Shown piece by piece: positions 19,310 to 28,330 of a stretch of 48,532 nucleotides of DNA (its first letter is position 1; each line of letters opens with the position of its first letter). The position numbers and the translations under genes are program-made. The DNA comes from Candidatus Algichlamydia australiensis. GTDB lineage: Bacteria; Chlamydiota; Chlamydiia; Chlamydiales; JAJFMI01. Location of the stretch: the NCBI GenBank assembly GCA_033977065.1, contig JAXCHI010000006.1, positions 1-48,532 of the forward strand, given 5' to 3'. The notes beneath the pieces were generated by a model. It ran no database searches, was not told the origin of the DNA, and saw nothing but the letters and a program-made list of their open reading frames with translations.

Positions 19310-20686
19310 TCAAGCCCAAGTATTTTGCCACTCTTCAAAGAGTTTTGGTGTGATGCGATAGCGTGCAATATTTCCTTCGTGAAGGGCCATCAACTCTGTC
19401 TCAACCATTTCTACAAATTTTTCTTGATCCTGAGGGGCAGCTTTGACTCTCTCTTTTTCAATATATTGATGAGCCCTTAGCTTATCCAATTTCTTTTCAA
19501 CAACCTTAAAAATTATCCTATTGATAGCTTTATGATATTTCAACCTATTTGGGTCAGGCTCTCCTGCTATCCTACTAATTGCGGCATAACGATGACAGGA
19601 ACGTGTATAAGCCCATACAAAAACATCTCTCATCAATTCAATGCGATTAAGCTCATAAATACCGAGCAATCCACTAATATAAGCATCTTTCGGTACATCT
19701 ACAAAGGAAAGAGGGGATAGATTTTCCCGGATAAATGGTATGTTTGCAGAGATCCTTGATACACGCTTGTTAACATCTTCAAACGGCTGTAAATAAGGAA
19801 GATGGACCATAAGAAAAAAAGCCTGCTCAAAGGGGTTTTTTATCGCATCTGCTTTGTAAATAATTTGGTCAAAGCATTCCTCTAATATTTGAGGAATTGA
19901 AAGTGGCATGTAGACACTCTTTCCAATTCCAACCGGGATTGTTCTTACCCGCCCACATGCTTTTGGATTACTGATTAGATTTTGCGAAAGCAAAGCATGT
20001 AAATTTAAAACTGTATAGCGATTGACCGTAATGTTTTCTCCAAGACTAATAAGAAACTCAATTGCTTCCTTATGATTTAAAATCATCTGAGTATCTTCAA
20101 TATCTTTCCCCTTCACTGGTTCATTCAGTTTTAATAGGCGATCTGTTTCGAGTAAGGAATATGTATTTCCTTCTAACCTGCTAGAATTCCAAGAAAGATC
20201 AATTAATAAAGGCTCAAAAATTTCACGTGCAAAAGTTCCAGCAGGATAATATCCATCTTGAGATCTTCCTAAATCATACAATTCTTCTCTTGTTAATTCA
20301 TCTAAGTAAAATGTTTTATTAGGAATATAGTCATCTAAAAATTTACGATTATAGTTTGTGTAATTTCTTTTTTGAATAGGAGACCTTACATGAGCCTCAA
20401 TTTTTTTTCCTTCGGAGGAAAGAAGCACCGTTATACTTGTTTCTAATTGCTTTTCTAGTGATGTCTTTTTAGTAATACAGGGAAGCTTATATCTGCGAGC
20501 ACGATTCCTCCCCTCTGCAACTAATCTTCTATCTGACAATAAATTCGCAATTCGTCTTTGAAGAACTCGTTTGGACAAGCTTAAATTAATTTTTGATAGA
20601 ATGTCGTCTACTTTTGCCCCATCAGGAAAATCTTCAAGGATATGCAAAATCTGTTGGTAGTCTTTTTCGTAGTTTTTTTTGGGCAT
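19310..20686 (-). CDS. Fic-domain protein with N-terminal winged HTH
   Basis: wHTH-like N-terminus, inhibitory motif SSRLEGN, variant Fic loop QPFEDVNKRVSR. Confidence 0.85.
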   Translation of the reverse strand: MPKKNYEKDYQQILHILEDFPDGAKVDDILSKINLSLSKRVLQRRIANLLSDRRLVAEGRNRARRYKLPCITKKTSLEKQLETSITVLLSSEGKKIEAHVRSPIQKRNYTNYNRKFLDDYIPNKTFYLDELTREELYDLGRSQDGYYPAGTFAREIFEPLLIDLSWNSSRLEGNTYSLLETDRLLKLNEPVKGKDIEDTQMILNHKEAIEFLISLGENITVNRYTVLNLHALLSQNLISNPKACGRVRTIPVGIGKSVYMPLSIPQILEECFDQIIYKADAIKNPFEQAFFLMVHLPYLQPFEDVNKRVSRISANIPFIRENLSPLSFVDVPKDAYISGLLGIYELNRIELMRDVFVWAYTRSCHRYAAISRIAGEPDPNRLKYHKAINRIIFKVVEKKLDKLRAHQYIEKERVKAAPQDQEKFVEMVETELMALHEGNIARYRITPKLFEEWQNTWA

Positions 20687-20687
20687 T

Positions 20688-20819
20688 TGTCACTCAAAAG
20701 GCTGTTTTGTCACTCAAACCTCTATTATGTCACTCAAATCCGTTTTTTGTCACTCAAATCCGTTTTGTGACATAAAAAGTGGTTTTTATGTCACAAAAAG
20801 GCCTGTTTTGTCACTCAAA
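20688..20819. repeat. Array of seven TGTCAC-core units at about 20-bp period
   Basis: TGTCACTCAAA at 20688, 20708, 20728, 20748 and 20809; TGTCACAAAA at 20789; inverted GTGACA at 20767. Confidence 0.9.
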
Positions 20820-21272
20820 TTAGTTTTTTGTGCCAAAAAGCTCGAAGAGCATAGCGGCAACGATGAGCCCGCGTACGGTCCAGAGGATCACGCGGATCCA
20901 GTTGGTTAGCAGAAGAAGTTTGTGTTGGTGTGTCGAGAAGCGAATGGCGAGTTTTTGGTGCTGTGAGATTTGAAAGAGTAAAGTCGTAATCCAGATAAGA
21001 ATGAGCAGGATGAGGTTGTAGGCGGCAAGCTGAAGGATAAGACCAGAGGGTGCGATGCCGATAAGGAAGAATGCGGTGACCATCTCTATAATGAGGATTG
21101 GTGAAAGAAGAAGGCTCGTGCGCTTGAGGTGCATGCGCTCATAACTCTGGAAACCCTCTTTTATTTTTTTATAGAGCGGATAGTGGACGACCTGGACAAA
21201 CCAGATCACGCCCACCATCGCCCAGGTAGCGAAACTATGTACAAGGAGAAGTAGTTGAAAATCGCTATTCAC
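20820..21272 (-). CDS. Conserved-looking hypothetical 4-TM membrane protein
   Basis: GVIWFVQVVHYPL and NWIRVILW within four hydrophobic helices. Confidence 0.75.
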   Translation of the reverse strand: MNSDFQLLLLVHSFATWAMVGVIWFVQVVHYPLYKKIKEGFQSYERMHLKRTSLLLSPILIIEMVTAFFLIGIAPSGLILQLAAYNLILLILIWITTLLFQISQHQKLAIRFSTHQHKLLLLTNWIRVILWTVRGLIVAAMLFELFGTKN

Positions 21273-21274
21273 AA

Positions 21275-21802
21275 CTACTGCAATTTAAATGAGCTAATAA
21301 AGCGCTTAAAGCTTTGCTCAGAGTAATTATTTGCTTCACACTCCATAGCAAGAAGGTAAAGACTATTTTTCGCCATAACAGCGCGTCCCATGAAAAAGAC
21401 ATCTTCTGTTTTTACAAAGAAATCGACTCCTTTATGCCCTTGGACATTAACCATATCTGCGGAAACAAGCTGGTTCGAAGGGTGCTGCCCAACAATGCCG
21501 TTAATAAAACTCTCTAGACTCAGTTCTGCATAAGATTCATCTACAAACGAAGGGTACTCGGCAATCAATACCATATAAACAGCTTTGTTACCTTCAGCAG
21601 CTACATAAACGTCATAGTTCAGATCGACCTGCTCTTCTGGTACGTTCATCGTTTGACGGATGTGCTCAGGGGCTGATGGGAAAGCCACAGAGCAACCGCC
21701 GTTTACAGAGTGAAACTGTCTCCAATCTGCCTGAAGTGGCAAGTTGACGCCTAAAAAGGCTACAAGTGCAATTAAAGCACCTTTTTTAAATCCTAATTGC
21801 AT
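21275..21802 (-). CDS. Hypothetical exported protein
   Basis: Signal peptide (…LPLQA|DW) and an alpha/beta pattern; tightly packed in the operon. Confidence 0.7.
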   Translation of the reverse strand: MQLGFKKGALIALVAFLGVNLPLQADWRQFHSVNGGCSVAFPSAPEHIRQTMNVPEEQVDLNYDVYVAAEGNKAVYMVLIAEYPSFVDESYAELSLESFINGIVGQHPSNQLVSADMVNVQGHKGVDFFVKTEDVFFMGRAVMAKNSLYLLAMECEANNYSEQSFKRFISSFKLQ

Positions 21803-21805
21803 TGT

Positions 21806-22441
21806 CTATCCTCCTAACCCTATCCAGGCTAATATAATTTTTATTATGTAACTAAGCAGGATCAGGACAATAATACTCAAAATTACATTGAGTAGACCCA
21901 TCCAGCTGGAAAATTTCTGCACAGCTGCAACAGCGTGCACCAAAATAACAAGCGACCAGATCATCGCAACCAGCTCAATTCCTGAAGTAATCATTACGAC
22001 CATGCGCTCTGTACTTGTAAAGTCGTGAGAAGTGAAGTAAGAATCAAAAAGATGAATACCAAAAAAGCCTAAAAGAACAAGCCATAGGGCAATTGTCACA
22101 ACATTAGGAACATTGGACCAAGATACGGCCGCTCTTAAATTGATAAAGCTCGATTGCCCCTTAATCAACTTTCCAGTCCAATGCAAAATGACTGCTGTAA
22201 GTGAAAAGGCAATCGCTCCTACTGGTATGGCAAGCACTATGGCCAAGATCAAAAGAAATGGCAGTGACCAACTCATCCCAATGGAGAGCGATTGCGCAAA
22301 TTGCAGCATCCAGGGAAAACCGTAGATGAAGGAGAGAACAAAAAAGCGCATACGCGGATTTTTGTCCGTTATTTCTTGAATGGTCTGTTTGGGACGCACC
22401 CAAATACTAAACCATGGATTTGAAGTACCTTGTTGTTCCAT
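21806..22441 (-). CDS. Yip1-family membrane protein
   Basis: NPWFSIWVRPKQTI N-terminus, LRAAVSWSNVP, five TM segments. Confidence 0.75.
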   Translation of the reverse strand: MEQQGTSNPWFSIWVRPKQTIQEITDKNPRMRFFVLSFIYGFPWMLQFAQSLSIGMSWSLPFLLILAIVLAIPVGAIAFSLTAVILHWTGKLIKGQSSFINLRAAVSWSNVPNVVTIALWLVLLGFFGIHLFDSYFTSHDFTSTERMVVMITSGIELVAMIWSLVILVHAVAAVQKFSSWMGLLNVILSIIVLILLSYIIKIILAWIGLGG

Positions 22442-22621
22442 AACTGTAATTAAAATATGTTATTTACTTACAATTACCACTTATTAATTAACTTTTAAAC
22501 AAAATAATTAATTAATTGAAAAAACATTTAGAAATATTAATGACTTAGATCAAAATAAACGATTTAATATTTTGTTTTTTAAAGAGATTTTAAATTAAGT
22601 TTCTGTTAAGATTCTTTTCAT

Positions 22622-23497
22622 ATGAGAATTTCAATGAACCAAGTAACTATGGCATCGAATCTAGTATTCGGAGCTTCAATTGTATCGCAAAATTCAACAA
22701 ATTCGCTTATTTCAAAAATTCCCTATAATTATCATGCGACAATTGGATTAGGAGCCCTGTGTACCGTTTTGAACATAAACAAATTTGCTTGGAGTGCTGC
22801 TAAAAATAATTTATTGAGATCATGTGATGAATATTTTGAAGTAAGGAAAAACGGCAGAACAGAAAAAACCTATTTTTGTTCTGCAATGATAGCTCTTGCA
22901 GCTACCGCAAGCATCATTGCCCTTACCGCTTTCTCTCTCGTTAAACTCCCCACACCTCATCCGAAGCTCTCTCACAAACTTTGTTCATTAACTTGGAAGT
23001 TTACTTTATACCAAGGTGTATTGAATGTTTTTACCTCAGCCAACATTGTTTTTTCATCTCTCTCATTCATTATTAATCCTGAATTTTCCACACCAACTTC
23101 TGTACTCATAAATGCATTTGCCCTTCACCACATGAGATCCTGGAAAGCACTTGAAGCGTCTATTTTTGTACCCGTTCAATATGGAGATTTTGCAAAGGGT
23201 TTCACCCACCAATACACTTTTCAAGTATTTGGAGACTCCCCTGAAAATTATCACAGCATCTCATCTGATTTTCAAAAACTCTCAGTCACAAAAATAGTCG
23301 ATGATTTTTGCAAAAAAATCCTAAGCTTTGATGATTATCCATGGGAAATTGAAAACAATTGGAGTGGCCTTAAAGCTGGAGAATTAACAGGTCTTGCCCT
23401 ACCTAAAGAGAATCTTCCAATTAAGCTTCTCCCATTTTTCTCAAACCTCTCCATGTATTTAGAAACTATTCACGGACCAGTCATATGTTTGAAGTAA
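22622..23497 (+). CDS. Hypothetical membrane protein, paralog 1 of a tandem triplet
   Basis: 291 aa; shares N-terminal and C-terminal patterns with the next two ORFs. Confidence 0.7.
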   Translation: MRISMNQVTMASNLVFGASIVSQNSTNSLISKIPYNYHATIGLGALCTVLNINKFAWSAAKNNLLRSCDEYFEVRKNGRTEKTYFCSAMIALAATASIIALTAFSLVKLPTPHPKLSHKLCSLTWKFTLYQGVLNVFTSANIVFSSLSFIINPEFSTPTSVLINAFALHHMRSWKALEASIFVPVQYGDFAKGFTHQYTFQVFGDSPENYHSISSDFQKLSVTKIVDDFCKKILSFDDYPWEIENNWSGLKAGELTGLALPKENLPIKLLPFFSNLSMYLETIHGPVICLK

Positions 23498-23504
23498 GGG
23501 GGTT

Positions 23505-24389
23505 ATGAATCTTGAAATAATCAGAACCGGAATAAACGCCGCATTCGCTGGATCCGTACTCTACCAAAGCAGTCCCGAACGAATCAAGCAAATAGCTAAA
23601 TATCGTTTTGCTACAGCACTGCTCGGATTAGGAGCTGTGCTAATCAACACAACTCGTCTTGGCTTGACTCCCTCTGGAACACTAGCCGAAAAATACACTG
23701 CTATTTGTAATCGAATTTTCGGTGATAATGGGATCTCGTTAACTATTCAAAAAATTCTTCCTCTATTGATTATTTCTATCGCCACTTTTCCCTTAGCTCA
23801 AATGGTTAATACTCGCTATCTCCCTACTCAATCTCTCCCCGAATCTTGCCGATGGACCGTCTCTTCTTATCAACATCTGATGCAACACTACTGTTTAATA
23901 AACTTTATTTTTATTTCTTTGGACTCCCTTCTGATACACAACAATTCAGGAATGACGATCAATCTGCTTCTTCAAATCCTTTTGACTCTTTCTAGTTTTC
24001 AAATTCGCAATTGGAAAGAAGTGACTTCTACAATCTTTATTTCGCATACAAATACCCCCTCAAAATATAGAATTATTCCGAAAGTAACAGGATTTGAGTT
24101 TAGAAATGAAATTGATGCGTTTATCAAACCAAATGGAAGCATTTTTTCTTTCAATGAGAGAGGGGAAGAGATTTTAATCAGTAAGATCGCAAACCAAATG
24201 GAGAGAATTCGCAATTTTTCAGAATATCCAAAAGATCTCTCGTTTGGATTTATCAACTACACTTTTCCTTCATTTTGCCTCTTTTCCCTTCCTGAACAAT
24301 ATCTTCCCGCTCCCCTCTATTCCGGACTTTCCGCTTTTGAAGTGTTTGTTAAATCAAATAGAGGCTATACTCGCTGTTTAGGATTGTGA
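23505..24389 (+). CDS. Hypothetical membrane protein, paralog 2 of a tandem triplet
   Basis: 294 aa; AAGGGG Shine-Dalgarno; GINAAF N-terminus. Confidence 0.7.
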   Translation: MNLEIIRTGINAAFAGSVLYQSSPERIKQIAKYRFATALLGLGAVLINTTRLGLTPSGTLAEKYTAICNRIFGDNGISLTIQKILPLLIISIATFPLAQMVNTRYLPTQSLPESCRWTVSSYQHLMQHYCLINFIFISLDSLLIHNNSGMTINLLLQILLTLSSFQIRNWKEVTSTIFISHTNTPSKYRIIPKVTGFEFRNEIDAFIKPNGSIFSFNERGEEILISKIANQMERIRNFSEYPKDLSFGFINYTFPSFCLFSLPEQYLPAPLYSGLSAFEVFVKSNRGYTRCLGL

Positions 24390-24392
24390 TTT

Positions 24393-25334
24393 ATGAGAAC
24401 GTATAAAGTTTTACATTATGGACTCAATGCGGCATTTTTTGCTTCAATCCAGTTACAAAGCTACAACTCTACGCTAGAAAAAATTGCTTATCTTAGACCT
24501 TGGACCTTTCTTTTTGCCTTTGGCTCTAATGCAATAAATATTTGGCGTCTTATTCCTGAAGGAAAAAGTTCCAGGACTGCTGAAGAAAATGAACGTTGGG
24601 AGAACCGAGGAACCCTAAGTAAAATTTTCTTTACGATTCTAGGTGTCTTTCTAATTTCTTTTCCTTTGGGTTTACTCATTTTCATGATTCCCTATGCGCC
24701 CACTCTCGCTCTTGCAACCCAGGTAAATCACTATCTCTTCCCTCCAAAATTTGCCCTTCCTCTTCAAAATGATGTAGAGCTCTCCATCTCTCCTTCATTT
24801 GGATACAAAAATGCTATGCTCGCTTCAAGCATGCTAAACTCTTTTCTTTCGATAGCAAGCATCTTTTTTTCTGAAGACCGCTATGAAAAACAAGATAGCA
24901 CCATTATTCTTCTTGCAAATGCTCTCTCCTCATACAAAGCCACAAGATGGCAAGCAGTAACAGCGACAATCGTACAAAAAATCCCTGCGTACAATTTTGG
25001 ACTTTTTAGTTGGTACTCCACAGATAAAGTAGATCAAATGAAATACAATTATACTTTTCAGGTACTAACAGATGCTGAAGGAAATCTGTTTAGCTTGAAA
25101 GCAGATGGCTCGCGTTTTGGCATAGGTGCCATCCTTCAAGATTTTAAAGATAGAATTGCAAGTTTTACGGACCTTCCTCACTCTCTTTCGCTCAAAACCT
25201 CTGGAACTCCAAAACTTTTTGGATTTAGCGTCCCAAATAAACATAAACCAGAATCGTTAATGAGTTCTTTTTCTAGCTTTTCTGTACAAGCTCTTCTTAA
25301 TGGGAAAAATTGGATTGATTGCTCAATCAGATAG
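24393..25334 (+). CDS. Hypothetical membrane protein, paralog 3 of a tandem triplet
   Basis: 313 aa; GLNAAF N-terminus. Confidence 0.7.
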   Translation: MRTYKVLHYGLNAAFFASIQLQSYNSTLEKIAYLRPWTFLFAFGSNAINIWRLIPEGKSSRTAEENERWENRGTLSKIFFTILGVFLISFPLGLLIFMIPYAPTLALATQVNHYLFPPKFALPLQNDVELSISPSFGYKNAMLASSMLNSFLSIASIFFSEDRYEKQDSTIILLANALSSYKATRWQAVTATIVQKIPAYNFGLFSWYSTDKVDQMKYNYTFQVLTDAEGNLFSLKADGSRFGIGAILQDFKDRIASFTDLPHSLSLKTSGTPKLFGFSVPNKHKPESLMSSFSSFSVQALLNGKNWIDCSIR

Positions 25335-26151
25335 GTTTTTTATTAAAATGAAACCCGGCATCTAAAAATTTTTTTGGATAAGCCCGGGTTGAGCTAAGCA
25401 GAAGTTCTTTACCCATCTGCCCAAAGAGTAGTTTTGCAAGAAAAGCTGGGAGCGGTGGACCAAGGGTGCGATTTACTGATTTTGCAACTCTTTCTGAAAA
25501 TTCTAAATTTGTAAGAGGCTCTGGGCTGCAGAAGTTTACGGGACCAGAGAGTTCCTTATGCATAAGGACAAATTCAATAGCACGGGTGAGGTCCTTCAGC
25601 GTAATCGAACTCATGTACTGTTTGCCGGAGCCGATGCGGCCGCCAAGGCCGAGTTTGAATGGGAGCAGCATTTTTTTTAGAGCGCCGCCGGTTTTAGAGA
25701 GCACCATGCCAAAGCGCATGTGCACAAGACGTGCACCGTGTTTGGCAAGTGGTTTGGAGGCGTGCTCCCAACAGGCGCAAACATCTGAGAGAAAACCCTC
25801 CCCTTTCGCTGCGGTTTCATCTAAGATTTCCTCACCGCGGTCGCCATAATATCCAACAGCTGAGGCGGAAAGAAAGATTTTGGGCACGCGGTTTTGTTCA
25901 ATGAGTGCGGTTGTGAGTTTTTCGGTAAAGTCGCAGCGGCTCTCTTTAATGCGCTGCTTCTTTTTTTGGGTCCAATAACCTGAGATGTTTTCTCCAGAGA
26001 GATGGATGATCGCATCAACTTCTGGAAGGTCGAGGAGATTGGGAGATTTTTGTAGGTCACGGGAAAAAAAGAGGAGTTCGTGGTGAGGAGCGAGGTGGTT
26101 GGTTACGGCCTGGCCTACGAAGCCATGAGATCCTGTAATGAGTATTTTCAT
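25327..26151 (-). CDS. TIGR01777/YfcH-family NAD-dependent epimerase
   Basis: MKILITGSHGFVG Rossmann motif, SASAVGYYG, GFLSDVC, WE, LGLGGRIGSGKQ. Confidence 0.9.
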   Translation of the reverse strand: MKILITGSHGFVGQAVTNHLAPHHELLFFSRDLQKSPNLLDLPEVDAIIHLSGENISGYWTQKKKQRIKESRCDFTEKLTTALIEQNRVPKIFLSASAVGYYGDRGEEILDETAAKGEGFLSDVCACWEHASKPLAKHGARLVHMRFGMVLSKTGGALKKMLLPFKLGLGGRIGSGKQYMSSITLKDLTRAIEFVLMHKELSGPVNFCSPEPLTNLEFSERVAKSVNRTLGPPLPAFLAKLLFGQMGKELLLSSTRAYPKKFLDAGFHFNKKPI

Positions 26152-26183
26152 AAAAAAAATACACAGGTGCATGCACCTGTGTA
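26152..26183 (-). terminator. Intrinsic terminator downstream of the DUF378 gene
   Basis: Perfect 24-bp palindrome TACACAGGTGCATGCACCTGTGTA (26160-26183) followed on the minus strand by a T run. Confidence 0.65.
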
Positions 26184-26196
26184 AAAATAATTTTGT

Positions 26197-26439
26197 TTAC
26201 TGATCTTTGTTTTGTGTGTCACAAGATGAACTACAGCAAACAGCTTTGCAGCATTTACCGAGTGTACCGAGCGACCAAAGTCCCGCAATACCAACTAAAG
26301 CGTAAACAATACGTGCGATCCAGTTTGAATTTCCACCGAATAGCCACGCAACAAAGTCAAATTGGAAAAAACCCCAGAGTCCCCAGTTAAGAGCTCCAAC
26401 GATTACCAAAATTAACGCAATCACATTGAGTGCTTTCAT
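26197..26439 (-). CDS. DUF378-family small membrane protein
   Basis: LVIVGALNWGLWGFFQFDFVAWLFG...RIVYALVGIAG. Confidence 0.9.
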   Translation of the reverse strand: MKALNVIALILVIVGALNWGLWGFFQFDFVAWLFGGNSNWIARIVYALVGIAGLWSLGTLGKCCKAVCCSSSCDTQNKDQ

Positions 26440-26522
26440 TTCTCTCCTCCAAATGAAGATAATACTATATTCTTCTCATAAAGAATAAACATTTTACTTG
26501 CAAGCGGCTTGAGTGGAGGCTC

Positions 26523-26552
26523 TTGACGCGAGAGGGTCTGCCGCTATATACT
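26523..26552 (+). promoter_or_regulatory. Putative sigma66/sigma70 promoter of gatCAB
   Basis: TTGACG, 18-nt spacer, TATACT; ATG 9 nt downstream. Confidence 0.55.
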
Positions 26553-26561
26553 GCTCCTATA

Positions 26562-26858
26562 ATGGAGAAGAACGATCTAAAGAAACTTGCGCATTTGTGC
26601 CGCCTTAGTTGCAGCGATAAGGAGCTGGATGAGGCCGCTGTTCATCTAGAAAAAGTTTTTGAACACGCAAACAAATTACAAGAAGTAGATACGGATGGTG
26701 TTGCACCTTGCCATGTTGTTTTAGAAGGCTTGCAGATGCCTCTGCGTGATGACGTAGAAGAGGAGTCGCTGACTCGCAAAGAATTTCTTTCCAACTCTCC
26801 AGAGGAAATTGGTGGCATGCTGCGCACTCCCCCTGTTTTAGCTAAGGAGGAGGAGTAG
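26562..26858 (+). CDS. gatC: Asp/Glu-tRNA amidotransferase subunit C
   Basis: LAHLCRL, LQEVDTDGVAP, LRDD; upstream of gatA. ATG 26562 preferred. Confidence 0.9.
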   Translation: MEKNDLKKLAHLCRLSCSDKELDEAAVHLEKVFEHANKLQEVDTDGVAPCHVVLEGLQMPLRDDVEEESLTRKEFLSNSPEEIGGMLRTPPVLAKEEE

Positions 26859-28330
26859 TGCTTTACAAATTAAGTGCCACACAGATTCGTGAAAAATTTC
26901 TTTCCGGTGAGCTCTCAGCTGAGGAAATTGTGCGTTACTTTTTAGAGCGCGCAAAAACATTTGATAAACAGGTTCACGGCTATTTAAAGCTTTATGAAAA
27001 GCGCGCAATAGCAAAGGCTAAGGCGCTTGATGAGAAAAAGAAGCGCGGCGAAAAATTGGGTCTTTTAGCTGGTGTCCCGATTGCTGTGAAAGATAATATT
27101 CAAATAAAGGGAGAGATCACGACTTGCGCTTCAAAGTTTTTGGAAAATTATGTCGCGCCATTCGATGCCACGGTTGTAGAAAATATTGAAAACCAAGATG
27201 GCATCATTATTGGGAAGACGAATTTAGATGAGTTTGCCATGGGCGCTTCTTGCGAGTATTCGGCATTTGGCCCCACGCATAATCCGTGGCAGTTAGACTA
27301 TACGCCTGGCGGCTCGTCTGGGGGATCGGCTGCTGTTGTTAGTGCGCGTTTTGCCCCGATTTCACTCGGCTCTGATACAGGAGGCTCGATTCGCCAACCC
27401 GCCTCATTTACGGGAACTGTTGGATTTAAATCAACTTTTGGTCGCGTTTCAAGAAATGGTCTTGTCGCTTTTGGCTCTTCTTTTGATCAGATCGGTCCTT
27501 TTACTAATGATGTAGAAGATGTCGCTCTGATTATGGAGGTGCTAGGACGCCCTTGCAAAAAAGATGCAACAAGTATTCAAACTCCTGCGGAAAACTATTT
27601 TTCTGAAATCAAAAGCTCTATCAAGGGCAAAAAGGTGGGGATTCCCTGGGGGTTTGTCAAAAAACAGAGTGAAGAGATTCAGAAAAATTTTAATAAAGCA
27701 CTCAAAAAGTTAACCGATCTCGGTGTTGAAACTGTCGAGGTTGATATCAGTCTGCAGCAATATGCAATTGCAGTTTACTACATCCTCTCTACTGCTGAAG
27801 CTTCTACGAATTTAGCCCGCTTTGATGGGGTGCGCTTTGGTAAGCGTGCTAAAGATTTGAAAAACTTGACGGATCTCTATAACAAGTCGCGTTGTGAAGG
27901 ATTTGGCGCTGAGGTAAAAAAGCGTATTTTGCTCGGTACTTTTGTTTTGAGTGCTGGCTATCAGGAAGCGTATTACAAAAAAGCGCAAAAAGTGCGCACC
28001 TTAATGATCAAGCAGTATAAAAAAGCGTTTGAAAGCTGTGATGTCATCGCTCTTCCCACAACGCCAACCACCGCCTTTGAAATGTTTAGTATGCAAGATC
28101 CATTCAAAATGTACTTGCAAGATGCGTGCACGATTGGCGCCAATGTAGCTGGTTTACCTGCGGTTAGTGTGCCATCCGGCTACGCTGAGAACAAGTGCCC
28201 GCTCGGATTGCAATTTTTAGGCCCACAGATGGCGGACACTGAAGTGATGCGCTTTGCGTATAATTTTCAAAATTGTAGTGGGGTAAAAGGAGATGTCCCC
28301 CCCCTCTTTGACAAGGAGCATGCGTCATGA
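26858..28330 (+). CDS. gatA: Asp/Glu-tRNA amidotransferase subunit A
   Basis: Amidase signature GKTNLDEFAMG, PGGSSGGS, GSDTGGSIRQPA; NLARFDG. Confidence 0.97.
   Translation: MLYKLSATQIREKFLSGELSAEEIVRYFLERAKTFDKQVHGYLKLYEKRAIAKAKALDEKKKRGEKLGLLAGVPIAVKDNIQIKGEITTCASKFLENYVAPFDATVVENIENQDGIIIGKTNLDEFAMGASCEYSAFGPTHNPWQLDYTPGGSSGGSAAVVSARFAPISLGSDTGGSIRQPASFTGTVGFKSTFGRVSRNGLVAFGSSFDQIGPFTNDVEDVALIMEVLGRPCKKDATSIQTPAENYFSEIKSSIKGKKVGIPWGFVKKQSEEIQKNFNKALKKLTDLGVETVEVDISLQQYAIAVYYILSTAEASTNLARFDGVRFGKRAKDLKNLTDLYNKSRCEGFGAEVKKRILLGTFVLSAGYQEAYYKKAQKVRTLMIKQYKKAFESCDVIALPTTPTTAFEMFSMQDPFKMYLQDACTIGANVAGLPAVSVPSGYAENKCPLGLQFLGPQMADTEVMRFAYNFQNCSGVKGDVPPLFDKEHAS

Noticed and set aside
20688..20819. 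CRISPR array
   Set aside because: Repeat cores are only 11 bp with about 9-bp, partly similar spacers, one unit is inverted, and no cas genes are present.
20593..20909. Short plus-strand ORFs with repeated CHSN/VTQ peptides
   Set aside because: These are translations of the TGTCAC DNA array, antisense to real genes.
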